From Antedon mediterranea (lineage: Eukaryota > Animalia > Echinodermata): DNA of 64,000 nt. The position numbers and the translations under genes were made by a program. The stretch spans positions 18,618,871-18,682,870 of the forward strand of contig NC_092676.1 of NCBI RefSeq assembly GCF_964355755.1. Direction: 5' to 3'. Positions within the stretch are counted from its first letter, which is position 1, and each line of letters opens with the position of its first letter. A model generated the notes under the pieces. It ran no database searches. It saw only the letters and a list, made by a program, of their open reading frames with translations, and was not told the origin of the DNA. This document shows positions 12,901 to 27,900 of the stretch, piece by piece.

Positions 12901-15900
12901 AAAATGTTTTGGACCCCATGGTGTTTGAACTTAAATACCTGGTAAATTGTATAAATATTATAAGATATTTTTTTTGGCTAGTTATAGTTAGAAATAGGTG
13001 ACCGATACCAATTTCTGTATTGAGAAATAAATTAATCAACTAATAATTAATGTTTTTTATTCATGCAATAGAGAGAATATTTTTATTAAAAGTAGTTTTT
13101 TCAAATAAATTTGGCGCTTGCTTCTCTGAATTTGGCCCCACAGTAAAACTGTAATAAATGGCGCATAATACAAGTTGATCTTTTGATTTAACTATAAATT
13201 ATTGATGAATAAATGTATTTGAATGAATTGATTTTATTTACCAGTCTAGGGTGTCACAAACTTTAAATGTTTACAAAAACCTGATTAATTAAATTGTAAA
13301 TCATGCACTTAATAGGTATGTTTATAATATCCTAGTTGGATTACTCAGCTTAGGGAACAAATGTTCTTTTCTTTTCTATTTCTGTACATTTAAAACTCAT
13401 GCTATTTTTCGCATCTGCTACCTCAACCTGCTGAACTAAACTAAACAGAAGGTATTTTTTTATACTAGGACTTTATGATGGAGCTAACGGATCACCAAGG
13501 AAGTGTTGGCGATGCACTCAAGAATGGTAACCAGTTGATTTTGAATGGTGAATTATCGGAAGAAGTTGAGAATGAAATAAGGGAGCAGATGAGTTTGTTG
13601 AATAACCGATGGGAGAATCTTCGAGTGTCAGCCATGGACAGACAGTCACAGTAAGTTTTTCCACAATGTTTGATTAGGGTTGGATACAGGATGTTCCTGA
13701 ATAGGTGGTATGGGGATACAATTTAAAATGCTTTTCTCCTCTTCCCAACCAAATTTAACATTACGAAAGTAAAGCAAGAGTCAGCCTGTCCCGATTATGG
13801 ATATACCTATTTATTCGAAGCATTGTGTATATGATACACAAGAAAGCATAAACAGGTTTAAAATGCAAAGAAAATGTAGGAACTGCAGTAACTGCAGTAG
13901 AATATTTGAAATGGTCCCTTATAATGAACTCTTGGATCTTTTTCCACTGTGCCTTTAAAACTATTTCAAGTTTTCCTCACTATCTGAGTTATATGTTATT
14001 ACTTCATACGTTGAAGTATTTTGTTTAAAGAGCTAAGTTCCAAATCAAAACAAATTCCTAAATGTTTCTAAATGTCAAAAGTCCATCAGTAAAATACTTT
14101 TAGTTGTTTTTTTCTCTATCTAAATCATTGAAATATTTTTATGTGTTTGTTTGATACCAATGGTTAGATTGAATTTTAATTGATTGTTAGCAGCACATTA
14201 AATCAAATACATTGTTTAGACAGTTTGAATGCAGGTTCTTTAAGACTTAATTTTAGGATCAGAATTTATTCATTTATCAAGAAGTAAAGGTAGCTCAGCT
14301 ACATGCATTACTTTCATTGGTTAATGTACTATTCCTTGGTCAAATTTACATTGGAAAAATGTATAATAGAAATATAAAGAAAAAACTGAAATTATTTTAA
14401 AATTATCATACATAAATTACATTAAATCAAACACATTGTTTAAACAGTTTGAATGCAGGTTCTTCAAGACTTAATTTCAGGATCAGAATTTATTCATGTA
14501 TCAAGAAGTAAAGGTAGCTCAGCTTCATGCATGACTTCCATTGGTTAATGTACTTACTATTCCTTGGTCAAATGAGCTGAAAAATAAGATTTTGTGAATA
14601 ATTTTGATAAGTAGCGCAAAAATGAGAATCTAATATTTAATAAAAAGAAAACCAAAAACATAAAATTCAATAATTCCTATATTTTTAATAGTCATCTGCT
14701 AAAATGTATGTCCACACTGTTATTTTTAAATACCTCTCAACTATCCCCTCACTGATAAGAAAGTGCTTATACATAAATGATGAAAAGGGGAAAGCCATAG
14801 ATCAATAATTATAGGGATGATCATTAAAATTATCTTTTTCACCTGTTTATTTTCATGTACCGTATCCATTTATTTAATACAAATGGTTTGAACTGTATTG
14901 ATTGTTCTACTTCATTTACACATTGATTTTACTTCATTTCAGATTCGAACTTTATTCATTTATCATGAAATAAGTGTTTAAATCTATTGAATAGAGTCAA
15001 TTAAATTTACTGGCCAATTCAGTATTGTGTATATACAATGAAAGCTTCCTAAATCACTGTTCTGTTTTAAGTCGCACGTTTGTTTTGGTCATAATTTAGC
15101 TAGTGAAGCTAGCTGGTAAATTGATATTTGATGAAATACAAGTTGCATGCATATAAATGGCGATACATCAAATGTCTTGTATTAAACACGATATACAAGC
15201 TCTCAATTCTGATTCGAAATTTGTGGCATATCATGGTGGACATACAAAATCTTTGTTTTCTCTTCTTTAATATATTAACTAATTAATTTTGTAGCAGCAT
15301 CTTTGAAAAATCCCATATAACAAAAATATATGAGTTTGAATCTTGGTTAGAATGGCCTTTTCTCATTTCTAACAGATATCCTCATTTTAACAATTTATAA
15401 ATTAATTTCCATCAGTGGTATAGAGTTTCTTGATGCCTATCAAAGAAGTGTTGATATATAATTTCTTGTTCAAAATAAATTTTAGTTTTTCATTCAACGA
15501 AGATGCAAGGAATACGTTGAATAATTCACAAATAATTACAGTGTAGTATATTGCACAATTTTACTTTGAATTACAGATGTTTGTGTATTGCGTGTTTAAA
15601 TTGGTTACCTTTGTACATTATATCACCACCTCCTATTGGTTGACGGAGCACCTAGATTGTTTACTTAAATACATTTTCCTTAATAATCTTATTCACATTC
15701 AAATGATTTTCAGTAATGAATTATGCTGTTTAAAATCTAATCTGTAAAATAAAAAGTTTAAAACAATTTTCGTAACATGTTGATGACACTAAGCTTACTC
15801 TGTTTGATTCAGCTCCAGAGGCTGAATGCATGGTTGCTACGCTAATTATATTTTATTTGCAATAATAGTATAAATCCATTTATTTTTTGGTATGAACAGA

Positions 15901-18900
15901 CCCTTGAGTAATTCTGCCCACCTCTGCCTAGCAGAACTACATGACAGATTGTACCACAAGAGTTCGACGTTGATATAACTTTATTTTTACCTTGCAGATT
16001 ACATGAGGTATTGATGGATCTCCAACAACAGCAACTGGATGGATTAGCCGAGTGGCTTACAAAAACAGAATGTAGCATATCTACACAAACAAGCATAGGT
16101 TCAAGTTTAGATGAAATCAAAACACAAGTCGATCAGCATAGGGTAGGTGTTGCGTCAGTATGTTTGATGTTATTATGATCACTGGTGTTGTCAAATTTGC
16201 GAAGTAGGCTTTTATTGATAAGCTAATTCAATCACTGAAATAATTTTTGTAAGGAAATAGAAATTGCATCTCATACATTTAGATGGAAATTTGTACAAAT
16301 TTATAAAGTATCAGTTTTGATAAAATAGACCTACATGTACTACTCCAGATTATTATTTGCAGAAAAGTGCCCATGAATGCATTCATCATTATCATCATCA
16401 ACTTTATCATATTCTATTGTCATAAAATCATTGTCATCATAAATTTCAATTATCATATCATTATTATTGTCAGTATTGTCATTATATCACTGTCATCATC
16501 AACTTCATCATCCTAGTCATTGTCATTGTCAACAACATTTTAATTATCATCATTAATTTATCATTAACATCTTCATCGTTATCATCAACTTCTTTATCGT
16601 TATCAGCTTTGTTATATCATATGATGTTTTTTGTTTATATTCTGTTTAGAATTTACAAGAAGAGTTGGAACATGAGCAAGTCCGTGTGAATTCTCTCACT
16701 CATCTTGTAGTAGTAGTTGACGAAAACAGTCCAGAAAATGGTTAGTTTTTCATTTGAAATACATTATTATATTGGTCAAGAGTAATTGTGTTCTTTACTT
16801 AAATTGTAAACATTATGTGTATTTGATGGGCTGTTTTGAGCAGATAATGTTCTGCAGACTTGTCGTTTCCATGCAAGCAGTGCTAGTAGATCATTGTCGG
16901 TGAATTACCAGCCGAATGTACATACTGATAATAGCTATTATCAGTATGTACATCCTAGGACATCAGACTTTCTTGTCCATCCCATCAACTTAAACTGTTG
17001 CTCTACTAGAAAGTAAAGAAAGAAAACCTCTGTTAAGTTGCTGCATGTCAAACGACTAATTATCTATCTATTTTTACTATTCATTTATGTTTTATATAAC
17101 AATGTATTACAATACAACTGAATAAACCAATGTTCTTATCTTTATCAGCAACGGCCCTTTTGGAAGAACAATTAAACAGCCTTGGAGAACGTTGGGCCAA
17201 GGTGTGTCAGTGGACCGAACAAAGATGGGCGGTACTTCAAGAGGTGTTGCTCAATTGGCAGAAGCTGTCGGATGAAGAGAAACGATTTGAAGAATGGTTA
17301 AAAGCAACAGAAAAGCTTCTTGCTGATATGCGGCCTGTTGATTTCAATGATTCCAATGCAACTATGCAACATGTTAATAGATTAAAGGTACGTCGACAGA
17401 GGATAATTATCCTTAAATGAATTGATTGGAAAGATAGATTATTGTTTGGTATGTTGAGAGAAATGAAAAGGACAAGATGGGTTAAAAGATACAGAATTAT
17501 TGATGCGGGTACCAGCTATGGATGTCTGCCTACCAAACCCCAAAACTTTGGGTTCAATCCTGACCTAGTGCCATGTTTGTAATTCAGGCTGTTTTAACCC
17601 TACTCCGTATGCCTCAAATGAGACTTAAACATGATATAGTTAATATTCATTCTGTAATTAGCGAGTTGGATGATGTGTATGAAGGAAAAAAAAAGAAAAA
17701 AAAAAAACCACATATAAACATATTGTTTTATATTGCTGTTGCAAAATGCACTTTCTTTTTATGTATGTGTATTTGCATAAGTAGGTATTAAAGTCTTATA
17801 CCATGCTTGATTTTCAAGAAACGCAAAACATCACAAAAAGTTATTTGTATCTTCAATATGGGCTGAAATATTAAATAACATGTCTTTTGTTGCACTCTGC
17901 AGCTACTTGAAGAAGAGTTGGTAGAGAAACATAGTGAGTTTGACCGACTCAACCGTAGCGCTAATGATGTCATCAAACACCTAGTCTACAATAGTAAGGC
18001 TGCAACTAATATCGAGAACAAACTAGAAGAATTTGCTCAGAAGTGGGACCGTGTCATTCATCAAGTTGAGCAGAACTCAAAACAGGTGAGTACAGGCATA
18101 TCCTCTTTGTTGAATCCATTCCAAAGTAAATCTGAAAGAGGCTGGAAGATTGCCAAATTCCATTTAATAGAAATTGCATTTTTTAGTGTACTCAATTATT
18201 GTACACTTGGCATGCAATCATGTCATTTGTTTGTGAATGATGTATTAAATTTTTATTGTTTTTTTTGTTTAAAGGGGGTTAAACTTGAGTAATCTTCTTC
18301 TTTAATCTTTTATTACCATTTTATAAGTTACAAAATATCTGTGTTTGCTTGTTTTTTTTTCAGGGCAATAAAAGTGCAATTTACTATGTACTAGTATATG
18401 AGCTAATGGCATTTGGTGAATGATGAAAGGTTATATCAACTCGGCGTTGCCTCATTGATATAACCTTTCATCATTCACCTCATGCCATTATTTGTACCAT
18501 TACACTCATAAACATTCATTATTTGTTTTATATAACATCTAAATAGATTCCTGTCATTTGAATCAAATAAAAGGTAGCCCAGCCAAGAGGCCTACATTTC
18601 ATTCACATTGATTAAAACAGTAACATTTGGTTTTTAATATTATATTAAATGTTATATTTATATGGATTATGGAAAACGCCTAGGCTAGGCCTAGCCTAAT
18701 ACTAACAGGCCTAGCTAAGCTAGACTTAGTAGTACTAGTAGTACTAGCTTGGCTGAAAGGAAAAACTTTGACAGACAATTGGAACTTATCTATGCTAATT
18801 ATGGTTTTTCCAACAATTCCACGTCTTGTAGGGATGTCCCCATTAATTAATCAAAATCCTAAAAACGATCTAAGCTAATTTAAATGCCTTTTTTAATGAA

Positions 18901-21900
18901 ATTACTTAATCGTACACAAAAATCTGCTGCTGTTGTGCATATCTCGTGGTGGTGTTTACAAACAGAGGCAGGGCGACAGGTGGCGCTGTTGTATTTCACA
19001 GTAATTTTCATATACTCTTTTTTTTTCATCCGTGAAATGTTTTTTTTTTCGTACACAAAAATGTTTTAAAAAAAGTACTATTAAACGATCGTTGAATAGT
19101 GCGTACTATTGCATGCCATGTGACCCACAATCGTCCAATCAAATGACAGGAATTTATTTAGGTGTTATATATAGATATACAATATACTATACAACATTGA
19201 TTGTCAGATACTCATCTCAAGTGAATGATTTATTTTGTGTAATGAGCTAAAAAAAATTGCTAAAGTATGTGGTTTCTGCTGCTGTATCTGAATATTGTCA
19301 ATGGTTTGTTGGAGATTGCAACATATTGTTAAAAAATGTGGGTGTTGTTAGGATAGGTTAGCAGATTGATACCACATGGAGACAATAATTAAAAGACTGG
19401 GAGTAGAAAAAGGAGTGGAGATATGAGTTATTGTGGTTTACAGTGGTTCTTATAGTTTAAGTACAAAAGTCCATTGCATGTGTTCATACAAATATCAGTG
19501 TCATGGTTCAAGTTCTGTTTCTGCCATGGTTTTCTTTTATTCATCGGTTGTATTTGCGTCAATACTTATTTTTAACTCTTTAAACAACTCCATATGTCCA
19601 TCACACCTGACACCCAAACTTCTAAATATCTCCTCCACACACTAAAAAATAATCATATTCATCAAGCAAGACTTAAACCATGGACACATCATATCAAACA
19701 CACAAAATTAGACTGCACTCCAAGCTAACCGATTGTAAACATTTTTGTTTGTTCAGATGGCTTTATGATGACGTAACAACATCCAACTTACAACAATTGT
19801 TCATGAATCCATATCTTCAGCTCATTAGCTTTCTTGATATGTAATAAGGGGCTAGTTTATTCAAAATATTAAAAAAAAGTTTATTAATATTTTACACAAG
19901 TTTGCCTTATATTGCCAGCAATATACACTTGTTAGAGTTCATGAAAAAATGTGGAATTTATCACGTACTGTAGGTGCAGTACATACAATATAAAGCAATT
20001 ATAATTACTACAATATTAAAATGATCATGTTTATGAAATATTAAAATTTGTTTAATTGTAAACCTTCAATTCATTTAGAAAATGTAATGTAGGATAATAA
20101 ACAACCATAATTGATATTCAACACTGTACAATGACATGCAATTTATTTAATCAATACTTAAAAAGATAGTAACTTGTTTTCATTTATTTTTAATATCTGG
20201 CACTTTGTATTATTTTTTAATGATCTACCAAGGTAAAAAACATCTCAAAATTATATATATTTGTTTACTATTGTATTCATTAAATTTTTTTTATTATTAA
20301 AGCTAGCCTAAACCACTTTCTAAATATTACACAGAAGTGATTGAAAAGAGAATATGCAGTATTAATCCATTACCAAATAGTTATTATTGTACTTCACGTT
20401 TAAATACATTTTAATTTTTATAAATTCACATTAGCCTTATTTACAAATTGCTAGTAAATAATTGATATAAAATCATTATTAATTCATGTAATTCAATTTT
20501 GTCATTGTAAGAATACAATTTTCTTCTATGCTGCCGGTATATCTTTAGTAGCACACATTTAATGTCCCATAATTTTAGTTTGCAGAATTTGCAGCCAAAT
20601 TTCAGAATATACAATATATATATATTTGATCACATGAAAACGAGGAAAAAGACAGCAACAGGACCAGCATCCTGTAGACCTTGTATCTCAGTTCTGAAAA
20701 CAATTCTGAATTCAACAACGGAGAAAAATACATGTCAAGTACTCACACCATTTGGATCCACAAGTTGTTTCAAGCTCATCCTTATTGACTTGTTCATGTG
20801 ATTGTGGTGCACGTGGAGTGTTATGTGATTGTGGTGCATGTGCAGTGTTATGTGATTGCGGTGCACGTGAAGTGTTACGCGATTCCTGTTCAGATGAAGT
20901 GTGAAGCAATTGCGGTTCATATGAAATGCTTGGCAAAACCCTATTTCTCCGACCCAGGTGTCGTTGTCCTGCAAATGAAGGCTCGGGTTTAATCACGGCC
21001 ACATTACCTACAGTTACCTTATGAGCCTCAATCGTTCCATTTTTTAACACCAGTGTTTCTGCCCTAACGTCTCTTATGAAAGTCACAGATTCATCATTTC
21101 TTTCCAAAAATTCAGAAACTTGCCAAGTTGTCATTATTTGATTATTTTGAAGGTAACCAATGGTTAGTATGTAATTTGAGAAGAAGTATTTAAAATTATT
21201 AGTAGAAAATACCAAAGTTCATTTAAAGTCTTATTTTGGATGAATTAATAAAATCTGGTCGAATCATTGGCATAATTCAAAGGCTGAAGCCCCTGGTTTT
21301 GGCAATCTAAGGGGTTCTCACACACGGGAGACATCGGTGAAGTCACCGGCAATTTATAGCGTTTTTTTCCAAACAAATTTTAATCCTGAAATTTTATTTA
21401 AAGGTCAGATTTACTTTACTCTGTGCCATAAACTTATAATTCTGACTTTCTGGTGTCAACTACTAAAATTGCGATAAAAAAGACAAAAAACACATGCATA
21501 TACAATAAGGACTGTAAATATCAAAGTGGTAGAGTACTTGCACATCAACTTTATGTCTAACTACGGGACAGTAACTTCAGTAACTGCTGCCAGGTCTGTT
21601 GAATATAATAAACAGTCCAGTTTAAAAAAAAAAACTATTATAAACATACATAAATAAAGTTAAAATAGAAGCATTCATACTGTAAAAGTGTACCTTGTAT
21701 TTTTATTTCTGAACTTCCACCAGTCTTTAAATGTATAAGTTTAAGCTATAAGTTTAAGCTATGAGTTTTGATCATTGATTACATTTTTTAGTGCAAAGTT
21801 CAAATATAGATTATTATAACATTGAGTATTAGAGTATGTTTTTGATAATGGACAAGATTACATGTCTAAATATTAGACATGCAATTCAGTTGACTTAACT

Positions 21901-24900
21901 ATTTATAAAACTGACGGAATAGGGGAATTTTACATACAATCCCTAATATAAGGGTCTGTTTCTGCTACATAGCATTGAATAAACCGTTATTTAAAAAATA
22001 TATTTTAGGCAGACCGCGGCAGTTCTGCTCAATTTCTGCTCCCAAAAAAAACCATTTACTTTTTTGGTTGGTTGTTAATAATGCATTGCGGTCAAACGTT
22101 CAAGATACTGCAGCTGTAAATGACCGTTATTTTGCAAAATGCCATTCTAACACTGAATCAATTTGGTGTTTTTACCCATTAATTGCAGGCTGCCATTTAA
22201 CCGGTTACTGAAAATTTGTCCTGTTTCTGTCAAGAAATTTAGGTTAATTTTTTCACACGGTTATTATTATTTGCTCTCGGCAGAAAGAGGACCTAAATCA
22301 TGTTTTTACAATGCAAATGTAGAGGACATCAAGTGGGATTTTAATTTGTTATCTTCCTCTTCTCGTGTAGTGTATGACAACATTTTGTACCATTTCATGG
22401 ATAGACACAATGTCTATTCTATTATTATGGTTGCATAAATTTTTAAGAATGTAAAATATTATTAACATTTACAACATTTTATGTCATTTGATAGTAAATT
22501 GGTACACATTTGAATATAGCTTTGCACACTAGTCAGAGTATTGGCACTTGCATTGAAGTAACACTCAGAGTATTGGTGTGTATGCCATTTATGGTTGTGT
22601 AATTGGTTATAAGGCCTAATATTTCTTGGAATCTGAGAAAAATACTATACATACATTGTATTTTCTTTAAACAAAAATAATATACATAATAAAATCTGGA
22701 ATAATGTCATGTTTTGTGTTGGGTGATTATGATTAGAATATTTTATTTGTTGTCGTTGGAATCTTTTTTATCTACTAATATCATTTTATTTTATATGTCT
22801 CTTTTGTAAGATCCTAGTGAGAAAAGTAGTCTAGCTGATGCCCATACCAGGTGCCCATAAATAATGCAAAATTATATTAGTATGTGGAATACGTTGTTTC
22901 ATTCTGAATAAAAAAAATGTTAATGTGAACCTTGGTTGGGCTTGATGAAAATCTTTCATTATTAAATCAAAAACAAATCCACTCTCCATTTTAACTGACA
23001 GATCCAAAACAGACTTTTTATAAGGTCATCTGCAAAATAGGGCATGAGTCATGTGACCTAGTGATGACATCAGGACATCACAGCTGGGGGATATGCAGCT
23101 AGGTGTTAAATTGACAGGTGGAATTATGTTGTTTTTTCACTACAATCTGTAAAGTTGACATTTTGTGAAATATGGAAAGTGTGTTATGCATATGGATATA
23201 TTTCACAATGTTATTTAATAATGTAAACTGTTAGTGTTACATTGTTTTTTTAAAGAAAATTCTTCTGTGGATGGAATATTTTAGAACAAAATAAGAAGGA
23301 AGATTGAATAAACACAAAAAAAACCCAAACAAATAAAATATTTCTTATTTGTTAAGTATACCTACATATAACCAGAAAAAAGAAATAATGCAGACTGTTA
23401 AAACATTTCCTGATTCTTATATCATTTTAATATTATCTATTCATAGAGGTATTAAACTAAATTGTTACAGTCAGTGTTCAAATAAAGAAAAAGGGACCAT
23501 TGAAATGACTACATCAATCAATCAGATATGCCAGTTTTAAGTTGGGTCACCTACTCAGACTTGCATTGCCTACTTGTTGAGCATATCAATGCAGGCATCT
23601 ATATATAAACATCCTTGAATGCATAAAGTTGAGACTTTTACCAAAAGTATTCATTGTATTACCATTAACATTAAAGTTTGATTTGATTTTTTGGAAGGTA
23701 CCTTTTTCTTTTTTAATAAGCTATAATGGGGGAGTACGTTTTGATCTCTATCAGAGATCTGCTTAGTGACAAGCAGCCTGGTTCTTATGTCATCTGAGTC
23801 TATAAACGGTCTTAGTGCTTAGCCGTCTATAATTTGTGACGTAGCAAGTAGTCTTTATTATAGACAATTGCTATACCGTGATCTAACCTGTAAGCGGCCT
23901 TTAAAGTTAAAGCCTGTACTCGAAGGAGTCTTAAAACAGCCTTAACCCTCTGTTTCAGTTGCTTTTACGCATTATTTATCGTGAAAGACAACAGATTTTT
24001 TAAGTTTTAAGTGTTAAATCAAATAATAACAATGATTTTATTCTTATATAGGCCTAGAATAGATTTTCTCGCGTATAAATGTACGTACTGTTTCGATTGC
24101 GATTTGAACAAGTGTGAGAAACATTACCTTATTTGGTGTTCTACGCGTAAACTACACCCTCAATTTGTTACTTTAGCGACTATTTTATAGCAATGGTCTA
24201 ACAGGGATGGCTTTCTTAAGACCATATATCTGATAAAGCCGGCTTTAATCGAGGAGTTAAGACCATCGGTTAAGACTGTTTTATAGCAGCCCGCTCCTGG
24301 GGTTTATGATGATGTCAAACGCCACCTTCGTTTTACAATAGCTTTATTAAAAAAATAAATGTTATAATCCCACATTAAAGATGTTCACCCTAAGGATAAT
24401 GTTTTAGATTATCATTTTTATATATATATGATGTATGGTGGTCATTTTTAGAGGGTCCCTCTCCTGATTGCCATGATATACAATAGTTACCACTTTATCT
24501 GTATAATATTATCTCGTTGAACTTGAATACAGAGTATATACACAGTATATATCGACTTTTAAATTATATTAAACATCTCTTTCAGGTTGCAGAGCAAAGT
24601 AATCTGAACCCAGTAACTGTTGTCGATGGAGGGGAGTCCGAGATCCTTATCACAGAAAACGTCATTACTAACTCAGTATACCAGAATGTCCATGTATCGC
24701 CTCTAAAACACCCGGCAGAAGATAGTGTTTTGAAGAAACAATTTGATAGTGAGGTAGAGAGTCTGTTGTCATGGTATGATGATGTGGAGAATTCTATTCT
24801 TGGATCAGAGGCTCCTTCTGGTCTGGACGCAGATCTTAATCGACAGATCCAGCAATTTACGGTAAGTTTTTTAAAGATGTCAAATCTTCTAATTTGAACA

Positions 24901-27900
24901 TAACAGTGGCGGATAAAAGATCAGTAAAAGAAATTTACCATAGAAATATATGACATTAGATTAAGTTCAACATACCTGATGATACACATTTTTTTCATCC
25001 ATCAATTTTAGGATTTTGAGGAAGAATTAGAAGAGAGAAAGAAACGAATGAAAAATGTTACAGAACTTGGAAATAAACTTGTTTTAGCCAACAAAGAAGG
25101 TAACATTTATTTAGAAACAGTTCAAGAAATAAAAGAAACATACATTTACAATAACTTAAATGGTAACAATAACGTTGAGTAAAGTCACAAAAATTATGGG
25201 AAACAGTTCTCACTCATTACACAATGAATTTACCCTAAATAGATCAGTGAGAGTTAGACCACCACGATCAAATAATTCACGTTTTAGACTATCTTTTGTT
25301 CCAAATGCTATTCATATTTTTAATTCACGATTTAAAAGAGAAGTTTTTAGTTTTGATGCCTTCACTATTCATACCTGTACAGTATATTATAAATTTATTG
25401 TGTAATTTGTTTTATAAGTATTTTAAATATGTTATATATGGTCTTTTTATATTTATATTCTTGCCAAGGAAGACAATTTTCATAATGTAATTTTAATTAT
25501 TTTATGAAGAATAACATTTTATCTTTCTATCTATCTATAAATAAGAACTCTTTCAGGGATTGGAAAAAGAATTAAAAGAACTTGTCAAATGACAAATCAT
25601 TAGCTAATGTTTGTTTTATAAATTATAATCCTAAAAAAACTCATAAATTTTTTAGATATTTTAATTAACAAATGAAAAATTTAACTCTGGCATATTATGT
25701 TTGTATTTGAAAATATATTTTTTTCTACAGATTTTAAAAATATTTTAAGGTTTTTACAACATGTTGTTTCTGTAGACAATTCAGTACAGTGTGTTTGTTT
25801 ACTTGTAAAACTTTATTGTAAAAAATAAGCACCTGTTTGATGTACATATCTACTGTCTGAGTGAGGTGAGCAGCTGCAGACAAGTGATGGTACAGGATCT
25901 TTACTACTGCAGTATTATAGCCTAGGTTACACATTACGTAAATGATCTGTCAATGTCAATTTTTACCCTCCTGAAATGGTAAAATAAATGCAGCATATAT
26001 ACTGCTCAGTAGAGGGCAGTATACACTAAAATTGAACAACATAAAGCTGATTATTATTTCATATATAATAATTTAATGATTATGCAACCTGAAGTATAAT
26101 GATGATAATTATATGAATCCTCTTGATACAAGCAGAGAAACTCTACATAATTCAAGCTGAGAGACTCTAATTGATACAAGGTGAGAGACTCAAATTGATT
26201 TGAGCCGAGAGAGGAGGAAAAATAATTTTCTTTTTTGTCTTTAGATGAAGAAATCAAAGAAAACTTAAAAGACACTGTTGAAAATTTCATCGACCGTTGG
26301 GATGATATTTGCACCTTGCACAAAGAGCGAAAACTGCAGCTGGACAACGCTACTCTCCACCAAGAGTTTTTGAATGAATTGCATCTAGTGGAAAACACCT
26401 TGAGAGAGGTAGATGAATGGATGGAAGAGCAGGTACCAGGTGATAGTGATGTTCAGAGGTTAAAGATACAAATAGATGAGTGCCAAGTAAGTTTGCCAGA
26501 CTAGATTATCGTTAAAGAGTTTTCAATTTGCCATGATCAAAGACCTACGCATTGATTTGTCATTGGTTGTCATCTGGATCTAGAAACCAGTCAAGATGTG
26601 TCGAGAAATAGAGTGAGGTAGCAAGTCTAAACTTAGTCTGGGTTCCAGACGGAGTTTTTATTTGTCTTAATATTAGTTAAAAGATAAATATTTTGGCACA
26701 GATGGCGTTTCATACGTATACTACTTGATTTTGGATACTCCGTCTGGGGAAACACGCACAAGTCACGTGGTTTGACACCAAGAATTCTTGGTGCATACGA
26801 TTATCCGGTTGACTAGTTTCAGCTGCATGCGATTGGCTACTCACTCGTACACCGTGTAAATATTCATATTTCAGAATTTTAAAGACTCAACAACTAAGAT
26901 GATGCGCATGCGCTATGTTACGTTTAGACAATGTGTACTTGGGTACATTTATGAAAGTTCTGAAGGCTAGAAATTATTTTATATGCCTAGTACTAGTAAT
27001 CTGGTAAACATTTGATGGGATCTTTGAAACATGAAAACTCGTCTTGATATATGATAGGCTAGCTTCTCCGCAAATCAAACATTGAATGGATCATTTATTA
27101 CGCGGAGATAATTTTGATTTAATTCCCACCGAGACCCCGTCCTGTTCTGTGTGGTGGTGTAGCCCTGTTGTGTGCCGGTGGTATGTAATGTAGGCCTACT
27201 TCATTGGCGTTTTATTTGGCAGGTCATACACGCGAGTTGAGTAGGACCTACGAAAGAGGCCTAGGCCAAGGACTAAACAATTAATAAACAAAACAACTTG
27301 GCATTACTATTTTATATTTCAACAGTCTCGATCGTACATTAAGCACTGGTAGGCCTACGTACTCGATCTCTTTCATTTTTAAACAAAATGATCATTGGTT
27401 GATTCGAAATCCATATTTACATACCGCCCGCCCCATATAGCCAAATACGGTATGATAACCTACGTCATTCTTATCGTATGTTTGCGGTCTGCAAATCGAT
27501 TTCTATACGTGTTTCACAAGTCTGTATTTTCAGAAATAAAAACAAATAAATAAAAAAAAAAGATAATATACAGACTTGGGGCAAGTCTAGTCTAAACTGT
27601 GCACAGTGAATTAACATTACAACAATTAGTCCTAGGTCACAAATCAAAAGCTCCCTAATAAGGAAAACTTACTATACATTCCAACTTTTGAACTTTCTAT
27701 TATCCCAAAGAGAAACTTCAAACAATGTAATTTGTTGTTTGTTTATTTAAAATTAAATGTTGTTTTTTTTTGCCTTTATAATTTTCTCTTTATTTTATAT
27801 TCTCTCTCTATTTTTTTATCAATTAACTTTGTGTAAATAATTCTAACATTTATTTTATATGGACCCTTGGCAGGACAAGTCTGTGTTGACAGGGCTGGAC

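Noticed and set aside
19757-22860. Acceptor-like sites at 19756 and 22810 followed by short frames
   Set aside because: In the required phase 0 they stop after 3-7 codons, with no dystrophin similarity or other support.
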